A DNA stretch of 64,000 nt from assembly GCF_000027125.1 (NCBI RefSeq), contig NC_017626.1; one strand, written 5' to 3'. Of the stretch, positions 49,868-61,628 are shown in pieces (within the stretch, counting starts at the first letter, position 1; each line of letters opens with the position of its first letter). The notes under the pieces are model-generated. The model worked only from the letters and a program-made list of their open reading frames with translations. It made no database searches and was not told the DNA's origin. Both the position numbers and the translations under genes were made by a program. This DNA comes from Escherichia coli 042. Lineage in GTDB: Bacteria > Pseudomonadota > Gammaproteobacteria > Enterobacterales > Enterobacteriaceae.

Positions 49868-50310
49868 TATTTCCAGGTTGCCGTATTCAGGTTGAAACCA
49901 GCCACGCGGTAGGCTTTATAGCGTTCGCGCGCCAGTTGTTTCAGAGAATCTTCATAAGGAACGAAGTCTACCACTTCTGTGAAAGCGGTGGCAAAATCTG
50001 CAAAGCTTGTTCGCAGACTAATCAATATATCGCGCGGGCTGCTGCTGCGTTTTTGCGGCCAGGCGATCTCCACCGGCGCACCGCCGCGCGGTCCTTCTCC
50101 CGCTAAATTATGCGGAACAAAGCTTTCTGCCGGACGCGCCCACAGGGCTTCATCCAGCCGGTAAGCCTGCTTTTCATCTTCACAGGCGATGAGTACGCGC
50201 TTACCGCTGCGCCAACGTTCTGCGGCAATTTCACACACCAGTTGCTCAACGGCGCTTAAGCCATCGACGGTGGTGTCATTGTCCAGAAGGTAGAACGTCG
50301 CGTTTTTCAT
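49867..50310 (-). CDS. holC: DNA polymerase III subunit chi
   Basis: 147-aa [27 protein letters not shown]...; 1-bp overlap with the valS start. Confidence 0.9.
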
Positions 50311-50349
50311 ATCTGGGGCTTCTTGTGGTGGATTTAAATACGCATCAGG

Positions 50350-50444
<95 letters not shown>

Positions 50445-50469
50445 GCAATAACAGCCTTGCCTGACGCAA

Positions 50470-51984
<1,515 letters not shown>

Positions 51985-52247
51985 CTACGCTCCTGAATCT
52001 TAAAGACAACGGCGGTGGCTACAGATAGAATTGCAAGCTTTCGTAACTCATGTCCGCTGTTGCGATGACTTCGTGTTAATCTTAACGTTATTACGGCATT
52101 GGCACGTCAGAACAAAATCTGAGAGGTGAATCCGTTGAGTATAATTATCTTAGCGACGATTTCGACGACTCAAGAGAATAAATGACGTTTAAGCCATGAA
52201 ACAAGCTAAAATCCTGCAAAAGACGAGTTTTTACGGGCGTATTTAAA

Positions 52248-53348
52248 GTGATAATCATAAGATATCTGGTGCGGGAGACGCTCAAAAGCCAGCTGGCGAT
52301 ACTCTTCATCTTGCTTTTGATCTTCTTCTGTCAAAAGTTAGTGAGGATCCTCGGCGCAGCGGTTGACGGCGATATTCCGGCGAATCTGGTGCTCTCCCTT
52401 CTCGGGTTGGGCGTGCCGGAAATGGCGCAGCTTATCCTGCCATTAAGCCTGTTCCTCGGGCTGCTGATGACGCTGGGCAAACTGTATACCGAAAGTGAAA
52501 TTACGGTAATGCATGCCTGCGGCCTGAGCAAAGCGGTTCTGGTGAAAGCGGCAATGATCCTTGCGGTATTCACGGCAATCGTCGCGGCGGTTAACGTGAT
52601 GTGGGCGGGACCGTGGTCATCGCGTCATCAGGATGAAGTGTTAGCAGAAGCGAAAGCGAACCCTGGCATGGCGGCGCTGGCGCAAGGGCAATTCCAGCAA
52701 GCGACTAATGGCAGCTCGGTGCTGTTCATCGAAAGCGTTGACGGCAGCGATTTCAAAGATGTGTTCCTCGCGCAAATTCGACCAAAAGGTAATGCACGTC
52801 CTTCTGTGGTGGTGGCCGATTCCGGACATTTAACCCAGCTGCGCGACGGCTCCCAGGTCGTCACTCTCAACCAGGGAACGCGCTTCGAAGGCACTGCACT
52901 GTTACGTGATTTCCGCATTACGGATTTCCAGGATTATCAGGCGATCATTGGTCACCAGGCGGTGGTGCTCGACCCGAACGATACCGACCAGATGGACATG
53001 CGCACATTGTGGAACACTGACACCGATCGTGCTCGCGCAGAACTGAACTGGCGTATCACGTTGGTATTCACCGTGTTTATGATGGCACTTATGGTCGTAC
53101 CGCTGAGCGTGGTTAACCCACGTCAGGGACGCGTACTGTCGATGCTGCCAGCCATGCTGCTGTATCTACTTTTCTTCCTGATCCAGACCTCCCTGAAATC
53201 GAACGGCGGTAAAGGTAAGCTAGACCCGACGCTGTGGATGTGGACCGTTAACCTGATTTATCTGGCTTTGGCGATTGTTCTCAACCTTTGGGACACCGTG
53301 CCGGTCCGCCGCCTGCGCGCCAGTTTTTCGCGTAAAGGAGCGGTGTGA
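52248..53348 (+). CDS. lptF: LPS export ABC transporter permease LptF
   Basis: 366-aa ORF, GTG start, MIIIRYLVRETLKSQ... Confidence 0.9.
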   Translation: MIIIRYLVRETLKSQLAILFILLLIFFCQKLVRILGAAVDGDIPANLVLSLLGLGVPEMAQLILPLSLFLGLLMTLGKLYTESEITVMHACGLSKAVLVKAAMILAVFTAIVAAVNVMWAGPWSSRHQDEVLAEAKANPGMAALAQGQFQQATNGSSVLFIESVDGSDFKDVFLAQIRPKGNARPSVVVADSGHLTQLRDGSQVVTLNQGTRFEGTALLRDFRITDFQDYQAIIGHQAVVLDPNDTDQMDMRTLWNTDTDRARAELNWRITLVFTVFMMALMVVPLSVVNPRQGRVLSMLPAMLLYLLFFLIQTSLKSNGGKGKLDPTLWMWTVNLIYLALAIVLNLWDTVPVRRLRASFSRKGAV

Positions 53349-54430
53349 TGCAACCTTTTGGCGTACTTGACCGCTATATCGGTAAAACTATTTTCACCAC
53401 CATCATGATGACACTGTTCATGCTGGTGTCGCTGTCGGGCATTATCAAATTTGTCGATCAGTTGAAAAAAGCCGGGCAGGGGAGTTACGACGCGTTAGGC
53501 GCAGGAATGTATACCTTGCTGAGCGTGCCGAAAGATGTGCAGATCTTCTTCCCGATGGCGGCTCTGCTTGGGGCGTTGCTTGGTCTTGGGATGCTGGCGC
53601 AGCGCAGCGAACTGGTGGTGATGCAGGCTTCTGGTTTTACCCGTATGCAGGTGGCGCTGTCGGTGATGAAAACCGCCATTCCGCTGGTCTTACTGACGAT
53701 GGCGATTGGTGAATGGGTCGCGCCGCAGGGCGAGCAGATGGCGCGTAACTACCGTGCGCAGGCGATGTACGGCGGCTCGTTGCTCTCTACCCAGCAAGGT
53801 TTATGGGCGAAAGATGGCAACAACTTCGTCTACATTGAGCGGGTTAAAGGTGACGAAGAGTTAGGTGGCATCAGTATTTATGCCTTTAACGAGAATCGTC
53901 GTCTGCAATCCGTACGCTATGCCGCTACCGCGAAGTTTGACCCGGAACATAAAGTCTGGCGTCTGTCGCAGGTTGATGAATCTGATCTGACCAATCCGAA
54001 ACAGATCACCGGTTCGCAGACGGTGAGCGGCACCTGGAAAACCAACCTCACGCCGGACAAACTGGGCGTGGTGGCGCTGGACCCGGATGCACTCTCCATC
54101 AGTGGTTTGCACAACTACGTGAAGTATCTGAAGTCGAGCGGTCAGGATGCCGGGCGTTATCAGCTCAACATGTGGAGCAAAATCTTCCAGCCGCTATCCG
54201 TGGCGGTGATGATGCTGATGGCGCTGTCGTTCATCTTTGGCCCACTGCGTAGCGTACCGATGGGTGTGCGTGTGGTCACCGGTATTAGCTTCGGTTTTGT
54301 CTTCTACGTACTGGACCAGATCTTCGGCCCGCTGACGTTGGTTTATGGCATCCCGCCGATCATCGGCGCACTGTTGCCAAGCGCTAGCTTCTTCTTAATC
54401 AGCCTGTGGCTGTTAATGAGAAAATCGTAA
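53348..54430 (+). CDS. lptG: LPS export ABC transporter permease LptG
   Basis: Track ORF 53345..54430; start placed at ATG 53348 (MQPFGVLDRYIGK...), 360 aa, overlapping the lptF stop. Confidence 0.9.
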   Translation: MQPFGVLDRYIGKTIFTTIMMTLFMLVSLSGIIKFVDQLKKAGQGSYDALGAGMYTLLSVPKDVQIFFPMAALLGALLGLGMLAQRSELVVMQASGFTRMQVALSVMKTAIPLVLLTMAIGEWVAPQGEQMARNYRAQAMYGGSLLSTQQGLWAKDGNNFVYIERVKGDEELGGISIYAFNENRRLQSVRYAATAKFDPEHKVWRLSQVDESDLTNPKQITGSQTVSGTWKTNLTPDKLGVVALDPDALSISGLHNYVKYLKSSGQDAGRYQLNMWSKIFQPLSVAVMMLMALSFIFGPLRSVPMGVRVVTGISFGFVFYVLDQIFGPLTLVYGIPPIIGALLPSASFFLISLWLLMRKS

Positions 54431-54444
54431 CCGAATGAACGAAT

Positions 54445-54470
54445 AAAGGGAGCGAAAGCTCCCTTTATTA
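54445..54470. terminator. Bidirectional intrinsic terminator between lptG and yjgR
   Basis: AAAGGGAGC-GAAA-GCTCCCTTT hairpin followed by a T-rich stretch. Confidence 0.5.
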
Positions 54471-54590
54471 TTGTTAGCATAGTGTGCTTCGTTCATTTAT
54501 GAAAAATCATTAAAATTCAATATATTGCAGTGGTGTGGGCATAATAAGACGCGCCAGCGTCGCATCAGGCAAAGACAAATCGCACCTGGC

Positions 54591-56093
54591 TTACCTTTTT
54601 CTCCCCCCCAGCAAACTCCCCAACATTCCACGCACAATCTGATTCGTCACCTGGCGGGCGGCGCTTTTCGCCATTGTTTGCACAACACCATCTTTCTTCC
54701 CGCCGCGTGGTCCGGTAGTGCCGAACAAAATATCCTTCAATCCACCAAGAATGCCGTCATCTACCGCTACCTCTTTCCCTTTCGCGGGGGGATTATTTTG
54801 CTGCTCGGTGCTTGCCTGTACGCCTTTTTGCAACATCTCATAGGCGGATTCCCGGTCCACGTCATCCTCGTACTTGCCATACACCGGAGAGTGATTAATC
54901 AAGCCATTACGCTCATCTTCCGTCACCGGTCCCATCCGCGAACAAGGCGCAATCACCATCGCCCGTTCCACCACAGAAGGACTTCCTTTTGCATCGAGAA
55001 ACGAGATTAACGCCTCGCCGGTCCCCAGTTCCTGGATTGCCTTTTCCGTATCAAATGCAGGGGTGGGGCGCATGGTTTGCGCCGCAGCTTTTACCGCTTT
55101 CTGATCTTTGGGCGTAAAAGCACGCAAAGCGTGTTGAACGCGATTACCGAGCTGGCCGAGCACATTATCTGGAATATCAGACGGGTTTTGCGAAACGAAC
55201 CAGACGCCCACGCCTTTTGAGCGAATAAGCCTTATCACCTGCTCAATCTTATCCAGCAGTACCTGCGGGGCATCGTTAAATAGCAGATGTGCCTCGTCGA
55301 AGAAAAACACCAGTTTTGGTTTCTCCAGATCGCCCGCTTCCGGCAATTGTGCATACAACTCTGAAAGCATCCACAGCAGGCTGGCGGCGTACAGTTTCGG
55401 CATCTGATAAAGCTTCTCGGCGCTGAGGATATTGATAACGCCTTTACCGTTGGCATCGGTGCGCATCCAGTCTTTGATATCCAGCATCGGCTCACCAAAG
55501 AAGTGTGCTGCGCCTTGCTGTTCCAGCGACAACAGCCCGCGCTGGATGGCACCAACCGATGCGCTACTGATATTTCCGTACTGATTCTGGAAGGATTTGG
55601 CGTTATCGCCGATGTACTGGGTAATTGCCCGCAGATCTTTAAAGTCGAGCAGTAACAGCCCCTGATCGTCAGCAATGCGGAAAATGATATCCAGCACGCC
55701 AGATTGCACATCGTTGAGATTCAACAGTCGCGCCAGCAACAGCGGTCCCAGATCCGAAACCGTCGCCCGCACCGGATGGCCTTTCTCGCCAAAGATATCC
55801 CACACCACCACCGGATTGGCATGCGGTTGCCAATCATTGACGCCGATATTTTTAAGCCTTGCGAGCAGTTTTTCCGACGCCGTTCCTGCCTGCGCGATAC
55901 CGGTCAGATCGCCTTTCACATCAGCCATAAACACCGGCACGCCGATTTCCGACAATGACTCTGCCAGTTTTTGCAGCGTAACGGTTTTACCCGTCCCCGT
56001 TGCGCCGGTAATCAGCCCGTGACGGTTCGCCATTCCCGGCAGTAAAAACAGTTCTGTGTCCGGCGTGCGGGCAATTAACAGGGGTTCGCTCAT
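54591..56093 (-). CDS. yjgR: DUF853 P-loop NTPase YjgR
   Basis: Track ORF 54591..56141 trimmed to [16 protein letters not shown]... with Walker A GATGTGKT, 500 aa; RBS GGAGG. Confidence 0.85.
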   Translation of the reverse strand: MSEPLLIARTPDTELFLLPGMANRHGLITGATGTGKTVTLQKLAESLSEIGVPVFMADVKGDLTGIAQAGTASEKLLARLKNIGVNDWQPHANPVVVWDIFGEKGHPVRATVSDLGPLLLARLLNLNDVQSGVLDIIFRIADDQGLLLLDFKDLRAITQYIGDNAKSFQNQYGNISSASVGAIQRGLLSLEQQGAAHFFGEPMLDIKDWMRTDANGKGVINILSAEKLYQMPKLYAASLLWMLSELYAQLPEAGDLEKPKLVFFFDEAHLLFNDAPQVLLDKIEQVIRLIRSKGVGVWFVSQNPSDIPDNVLGQLGNRVQHALRAFTPKDQKAVKAAAQTMRPTPAFDTEKAIQELGTGEALISFLDAKGSPSVVERAMVIAPCSRMGPVTEDERNGLINHSPVYGKYEDDVDRESAYEMLQKGVQASTEQQNNPPAKGKEVAVDDGILGGLKDILFGTTGPRGGKKDGVVQTMAKSAARQVTNQIVRGMLGSLLGGRKR

Positions 56094-56222
56094 GAGATTT
56101 CCTCCAGTTTCCTGCCTGGAGTATAGGCAACGGCTGCGCACTCTTCACCGCTAAATTCAGCAGATTGCGAGACGCCTTCCAAAGAGATTTAAGTGCCGGG
56201 CGACAGGCACCCGGCAAAGAGA

Positions 56223-57242
56223 TCAGAAGTCAGCTTTCAGAACCACGCGGTAACGCGCCTTACCGTCGCGCACATGCTTGATGGCATCGTTAATTTTCGA
56301 CATCGGGAACAGTTCGGTGGTCGGCGCAACCTTGCTACGGGCGGCAAAGCGCATCAGCTTTCGCAGCTCATAAGGCGTGCCGGTAGCAGAACCAGAGATG
56401 CTGCGGTCGCCCGCAATTAACGTAAAGGCTGGAACAGACAGCGGCGTGAGAACCGCACCGACCGTATGGAAATTACCGCCATAGGTCAGCGCCTCAAAAT
56501 AAGGCGGCCAGTCGAGGCTGACGTTCACAGTATTGATAATGAGATCAAACTGCCCCGACAGGGCTTTCAGTGCCTGCGGATCGCGGCTATTCACCACTTT
56601 ATCGGCACCCATCGCCAGTACTTCCTGCTCTTTCTCCGGATTAGAACTAAAGGCCGTCACCTCGCATCCCATTGCGTGCAGAAGTTTTATAGCGATATGC
56701 CCCAGCCCGCCAATACCAATTACCCCAACGCGGCTGGTAGCAGTGATATGGTGCATCAACAGTGGTTTAAAGACCGTGATACCGCCGCACAACAGCGGCC
56801 CGGCGGACTCGATATCAATATTTTCTGGCAGTGGAATCACCCATTGCCAGTCCGCACGCAACTTCTCGGCAAAGCCACCGCGATTCATAATCGTCGGCAC
56901 AGCACCTTGCTCGCAGTTGATCTGATTACCGCTAATACAGGCGTCGCAGTGACCACAGCTACGCGCCGTCCAGCCAATCCCGACACGCTGACCGACCTGC
57001 AAACCTTTATCCTGCGCGGCGCTCCCGAGTGCCACCACGCGCCCAATCACTTCATGCCCGGCAACCAGCGGATATTGTGAAAATCCCCATTCGTTATCGA
57101 TCATCGACAGATCGGAATGGCAGATCCCGCAGTAATCCACCTGCACTTCAATATCTTGTGGCTTCAGCTCACCGGGATCGTACTCATAAACTTCCAGTTC
57201 GCCGCCCGCTTCTTTTGCGGCATAGCTTCTTATCATCGACAT
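56223..57242 (-). CDS. ahr: NADPH-dependent aldehyde reductase Ahr (YjgB), Zn-dependent MDR family
   Basis: Track ORF 56223..57284 trimmed to [24 protein letters not shown]..., 339 aa; GHEVIG and CGICHSD Zn-ADH motifs. Confidence 0.9.
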   Translation of the reverse strand: MSMIRSYAAKEAGGELEVYEYDPGELKPQDIEVQVDYCGICHSDLSMIDNEWGFSQYPLVAGHEVIGRVVALGSAAQDKGLQVGQRVGIGWTARSCGHCDACISGNQINCEQGAVPTIMNRGGFAEKLRADWQWVIPLPENIDIESAGPLLCGGITVFKPLLMHHITATSRVGVIGIGGLGHIAIKLLHAMGCEVTAFSSNPEKEQEVLAMGADKVVNSRDPQALKALSGQFDLIINTVNVSLDWPPYFEALTYGGNFHTVGAVLTPLSVPAFTLIAGDRSISGSATGTPYELRKLMRFAARSKVAPTTELFPMSKINDAIKHVRDGKARYRVVLKADF

Positions 57243-57437
57243 TTTTTGGTCCTTCTCTGGTGTTGTCTGGGAAGTGTAGAGCATGGCAGGGCGGGGTGCC
57301 TGGAGTGTGACAAAGGTTACACATCGCTGTATGCAATGCTGAAAATTTCAGCACTTAGCGAGATGCGAGCAAGCTGGCGCTTGCATGGTGGCGTGCGACA
57401 GGTATAATCCACAACGTTTTCCGCATACCTCTTCAGT

Positions 57438-57522
57438 GCCGAAGTGGCGAAATCGGTAGACGCAGTTGATTCAAAATCAACCGTAGAAATACGTGCCGGT
57501 TCGAGTCCGGCCTTCGGCACCA
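57438..57522 (+). tRNA. leuX: tRNA-Leu (anticodon CAA), including the encoded CCA end
   Basis: GCCGAAGTGGCGAAATCGGTAGACGCAGTTGATTCAAAATCAACCGTAGAAATACGTGCCGGTTCGAGTCCGGCCTTCGGCACCA: cloverleaf with long variable arm and CAA anticodon; 85 nt. Confidence 0.9.
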
Positions 57523-57535
57523 TCGGAACATCAAT

Positions 57536-57559
57536 AGACGTCAACGGACGTCTTTTTTT
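57536..57559 (+). terminator. Intrinsic terminator after leuX
   Basis: AGACGT-CAACGG-ACGTCT hairpin followed by a T7 run. Confidence 0.6.
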
Positions 57560-57721
57560 GTGCCTGAAATCCAGTATCCGCAAGGCTTTCCTCGATTTTC
57601 CTTTCAACAGAAGTCAATCTGAGTCAACCCACATCAAGTCGCTTGTGAGTATAGAACCGAGTATATATGCTGGTTCGATAATGGTTGTATACTCACAGCG
57701 GCACATGGAAGGAGAACTTTT

Positions 57722-58975
57722 ATGGCTCTGACAGATATCAAAGTGCGTTCTGCAAAACCACAGGAAAAGGAGTATACCCTTGCCGATGGAGATGGCATGT
57801 TTTTGCTCATTCACCCTAACGGCTCAAAATACTGGCGGTTTCGCTTTCGCTTTGGTGGTAAGCAGCACCTGATGGCATTTGGGGTTTATCCTGAAACGTC
57901 ACTGGCTGATGCTCGTCAAAAAAGGGAAGAGGCCAGAAAACTTGTTGCTGCAGGCATCGATCCCCGTGAACACAAACGTGCAGTGAAAGAAGAGCAGACG
58001 AAAGAGGCTATTACCTTTGAGTCAGTTGCCAGAGAGTGGCACGCAGTAAATAAAAAATGGACAGAAGAACATAGCCGACGGGTGCTGAAGAGCCTGGAAG
58101 ATAATTTGTTCCCAGCAATTGGGAAGCGGAGTATTGATAGTTTTAGTACGCGCGATCTCCTTGTCCCTATCAAAGTAGTTGAGGCTACAGGGCGTCTTGA
58201 AGTGGCTTCGCGTCTTCAGCAGCGTACCAATGCGATTATGCGTTGTGCAGTGCAAAGCGGTTTGATCGATTACAATCCTGCTCAGGAGATGGCTGGGGCA
58301 GTTGCTTCAAGTAATCGTGTCCATCGACCAGCACTTGAACTGAAACGCTTACCTGAACTACTCCAGCGAATTGATAGCTACTCCGGACGACCTTTAACCC
58401 GTCTGGCTGTTGAGCTCACGTTATTAATCTTTATTCGTTCCAGTGAGTTGCGCTTTGCCCGTTGGCCAGAGATCGATTTTGAAAGGGCAATGTGGACAAT
58501 CCCGGCAGAACGAGAAGCTATTGAAGGAGTGAAGCATTCGGAACGTGGCTCGAAAATGCGTACTCCTCATTTAGTGCCGCTTTCTCGTCAGGCACTGGCA
58601 ATCCTTAAACAGGTTCATAAGCTTAGTGGCGAGCGCGATTTTGTTTTCGTTGGAGATCACAATCCTTGTAAACCGATGAGTGAAAATACAGTGAACAAGG
58701 CGCTGCGCGTGATGGGATATGACACTAAGATTGAGGTTTGCGGTCATGGCTTCAGGACCATGGCATGTAGCTCGTTGATTGAATCAGGGCTGTGGTCTAG
58801 GAACGCTGTTGAAAGGCAGATGAGCCATATGGAGCGTAACTCTGTACGTGCTGCTTACATTCATAAGGCTCAACACTTGGATGAGCGTAAAATGATGCTG
58901 CAGTGGTGGGCAGATTTTCTTGATGTAAATCGGGTGAAGGGCGTCAGCCCATTTGATTTTGCCAAGGAGAAATGA
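57722..58975 (+). mobile_element. P4-type tyrosine recombinase (phage/island integrase), apparently intact, adjacent to leuX
   Basis: 417-aa ORF MALTDIKVRSAKPQEKEYTLADGDGMFLLIHPNGSKYWRFRFRF... (P4-like N-terminal arm-binding signature); C-terminal catalytic HxxR (GHGFRT) and Tyr region (RAAYIHK); sits immediately 3' of a tRNA gene. Confidence 0.85.
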
Positions 58976-59243
58976 GCTATGGTAATGAGGTTATAGATAA
59001 GAGAGAATACTACTTTATCGCGGGTTTTTAGTGGCTGGCAGGTCTAGATGAGTAGAAAATTCAAGTAATCTACACTCACTCGACTTAAAGATGGGGCCTT
59101 TTAAAAGGTCCTGCTTTGATGCTTACTGGAATGATAACCGTCCTAATCGTTGGCGAGTTTGTTCCATAAGTCCTGAATCCATAGGTTTTCTCTCTCATTG
59201 ATATTAAGTAGCACCCATAAATTTTATTCAAGGATAAGAGATA

Positions 59244-61628
59244 ATGGCAAATTTTTCGGTAGCTGCGAGAACATTAATTCATTTAGGGGCGGAACTGATT
59301 ACCTCAGATGAAGTTGCTATAAATGAACTTGTTAAGAATGCTTTTGATGCCGAATCTAAACGGGTTAGGATAAATGTATTCATACCTATTTCGCATTCGT
59401 TAATAGATGACTGCCTTGCAATACTCGACAATAGTAAAAAAGAGGAAGCTCTTCAAGATGATATTTTTCATATAAAGAAAATGTTAATTGAAAGTGTTTC
59501 TGAACCTTCTATTGCAGCCCAAGTAGAAGAGTTGTTGCTAAACTTAACTTCAGATTCTAGCAAGGATGAAGCAAAAAAAATAGTCGAGTCGATAAACTAT
59601 ATAACAATCGAAGATTCTGGTTGTGGAATGGATTTAGCGACACTTGAAACGGTATTTTTGGCAATAGGCACTCCCTCTAAAGTAAACTCTGAAAGTACAA
59701 AAGACTTAAATAGAAAAATCCTAGGCAATAAAGGTATTGGACGTTTAGCAATGATGAGACTTGGGGATATTGCCAACGTTACATCTTGGGTTGAACAAGG
59801 TAGTGCCCATGAAATTGAATTCGACTGGCGAATGTTTGACGATCCTGAAAAAATAATCACCGATATTGAATTTGAAATAAAACCGACCACTTGTCCAAGG
59901 CCAACACCTTCAGGGACTGTAATAAAGATAACAGCACTTAAAAGCTCTTGGACTGAAGAAAAAGTTCGCGAAAAGCTCGTGGGTGATTTTTTTAGAAGGT
60001 TACAAAACCCATTTGTGATGTCATTGGATGAAGGTAGCTCCGATAACACAAAAAAAAATAAAAAGAATAGAACTGTAGGCTTTCCAATAGATGTTCATAT
60101 TAATGGAGGAACTCGAATACCTATCGAAGGTATGAAGAAAGTGTTAACAGATTTAGTTCAGGCTGATATGGAGCTCTGGTTTGACCCAAACGGGATTGGT
60201 GATACACCTGAAGTTATTCTCCGTACGAGTTTGACTGACTACCAACGTGGAAATGAACCTGAAAATACTAATAGAACAATAGAAGAAGTAACACATGTTT
60301 TAAATGTTAATTTTGAAGCACTTAAGAAAATTGGCCCCGTAAGAGCTACTATTAGATGGTTTAATAGAGAACGGTTACGCCAGCAAGCTACTTTGCATGG
60401 TAACTGGAAAGCAGCGAAGGCCGAATTAGATTTATGGTGTGGAGGAATAGCAATATATCGAGATGGTTTTCGCATTGGATTTTCTGGACAATCAACCGGC
60501 GAAGACTGGCTGGGACTAGATAGTTCTGCTCTTAAGAGAGGAGGTTTTGCTGTAAACCGTATTCAGACTGTCGGTGCGTTAGAGATTTCAAGAAAAGAAA
60601 ATCCCGGTTTGGTTGATAGATCTAATAGAGAAGGATTGATTGAATCACCAGAATCCAATCTTGTAAGAGATATGCTGTCGAAATTTGCTATTGATGAACT
60701 TCGTCGCTACATCGGTCATGAAGGGCAAGAAGAGAAGAAAGCACGTCTAAATGATATAGTTGAAAGCGCTCCTGCAACTATACGCGCTCGGATACTGCAA
60801 GCTGAGCAAGGACTCACATCTATAAGGTCTAAGGTTCCCGCAGATGTTCAAGAATCAGTACAATCAATCGCAAATAATTTACACTTTATAAAAAATGAAG
60901 TAACTCGTTTTGAAGAGGCTAGCAAACTAGCAACAGAGAGACGTGAGGATATTCTTGAACTTGCTGGTGTTGGAACCGTAATGTCTGGTGTACTACATGA
61001 GCTCACTAGGACAACAGGCCACACTCGACAGCTGTTACAAAAGTTATCTAAAGATGAGTCTCCTGGTACTAAAGCTTTATTAACGAAGCTAGATTCGGAA
61101 ATTAAAGCGATCAATACGCGACTTCGACAGTTAGATCCTTTAACACCTTCTGGAAGGCATCGCAAAGAAATATTTAATTTGTCAGCATTGCTGAATACTA
61201 TATTAGAAGGGTATGGAGCTCGCTTTGAACGGCATAATATAATTCCAGAATTCAAAATCTCTGGAGTTGATGATACTCAACCTGTCGAAGTAAATATGGT
61301 ACGTGGTTTTGTTAGCCTTGCAATTGAGAATTTAATTACAAACTCGGTTTATTGGGTTCAGCAGGGGGGGAGAAGTGATCGTCGTATTACTTTAGAACTA
61401 GATGCAGAATCTAGGACATTAACTTTGCGTGATAATGGGCCAGGTATTTCTCCTGCAGATAAAGACAGAATTTTCACTGCAGGATTTACAATGCGACCTA
61501 AAGGGCAGGGTTTGGGTCTTTTCATTGCAGCTGAAGTGGCTACCTATCATGATGCGAGGCTTTTGTTGGACTCTGCTGATGAGGATGGCCGATATAGAGG
61601 TTTTGTCTTGGAGCTTCCAAAGGAATGA
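59244..61628 (+). CDS. Island-encoded 794-aa protein: N-terminal GHKL/Bergerat ATPase-like motifs plus C-terminal histidine-kinase-like core (candidate novel signalling/defence protein)
   Basis: AT-rich ORF with AAGGA RBS. N-terminal motifs ELVKNAFDA (aa 28-36), IEDSGCGMD (aa 122-130), GNKGIG (aa 161-166). C-terminal motifs VLHELTRTTGH (H585), IENLITNSVYW (aa 694-704), RDNGPGI (aa 729-735), GQGLGLFI (aa 754-761). No obvious transmembrane segments. Domain calls are motif-based, not HMM-verified. Confidence 0.6.
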   Translation: MANFSVAARTLIHLGAELITSDEVAINELVKNAFDAESKRVRINVFIPISHSLIDDCLAILDNSKKEEALQDDIFHIKKMLIESVSEPSIAAQVEELLLNLTSDSSKDEAKKIVESINYITIEDSGCGMDLATLETVFLAIGTPSKVNSESTKDLNRKILGNKGIGRLAMMRLGDIANVTSWVEQGSAHEIEFDWRMFDDPEKIITDIEFEIKPTTCPRPTPSGTVIKITALKSSWTEEKVREKLVGDFFRRLQNPFVMSLDEGSSDNTKKNKKNRTVGFPIDVHINGGTRIPIEGMKKVLTDLVQADMELWFDPNGIGDTPEVILRTSLTDYQRGNEPENTNRTIEEVTHVLNVNFEALKKIGPVRATIRWFNRERLRQQATLHGNWKAAKAELDLWCGGIAIYRDGFRIGFSGQSTGEDWLGLDSSALKRGGFAVNRIQTVGALEISRKENPGLVDRSNREGLIESPESNLVRDMLSKFAIDELRRYIGHEGQEEKKARLNDIVESAPATIRARILQAEQGLTSIRSKVPADVQESVQSIANNLHFIKNEVTRFEEASKLATERREDILELAGVGTVMSGVLHELTRTTGHTRQLLQKLSKDESPGTKALLTKLDSEIKAINTRLRQLDPLTPSGRHRKEIFNLSALLNTILEGYGARFERHNIIPEFKISGVDDTQPVEVNMVRGFVSLAIENLITNSVYWVQQGGRSDRRITLELDAESRTLTLRDNGPGISPADKDRIFTAGFTMRPKGQGLGLFIAAEVATYHDARLLLDSADEDGRYRGFVLELPKE

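Noticed and set aside
59597..61255. Minus-strand ORFs inside gene 1 (59597..60049, 150 aa; 60848..61255, 135 aa)
   Set aside because: They are embedded antisense to the long, motif-bearing plus-strand ORF, with Ser/Ile-rich composition expected from the reverse complement of AT-rich coding sequence.
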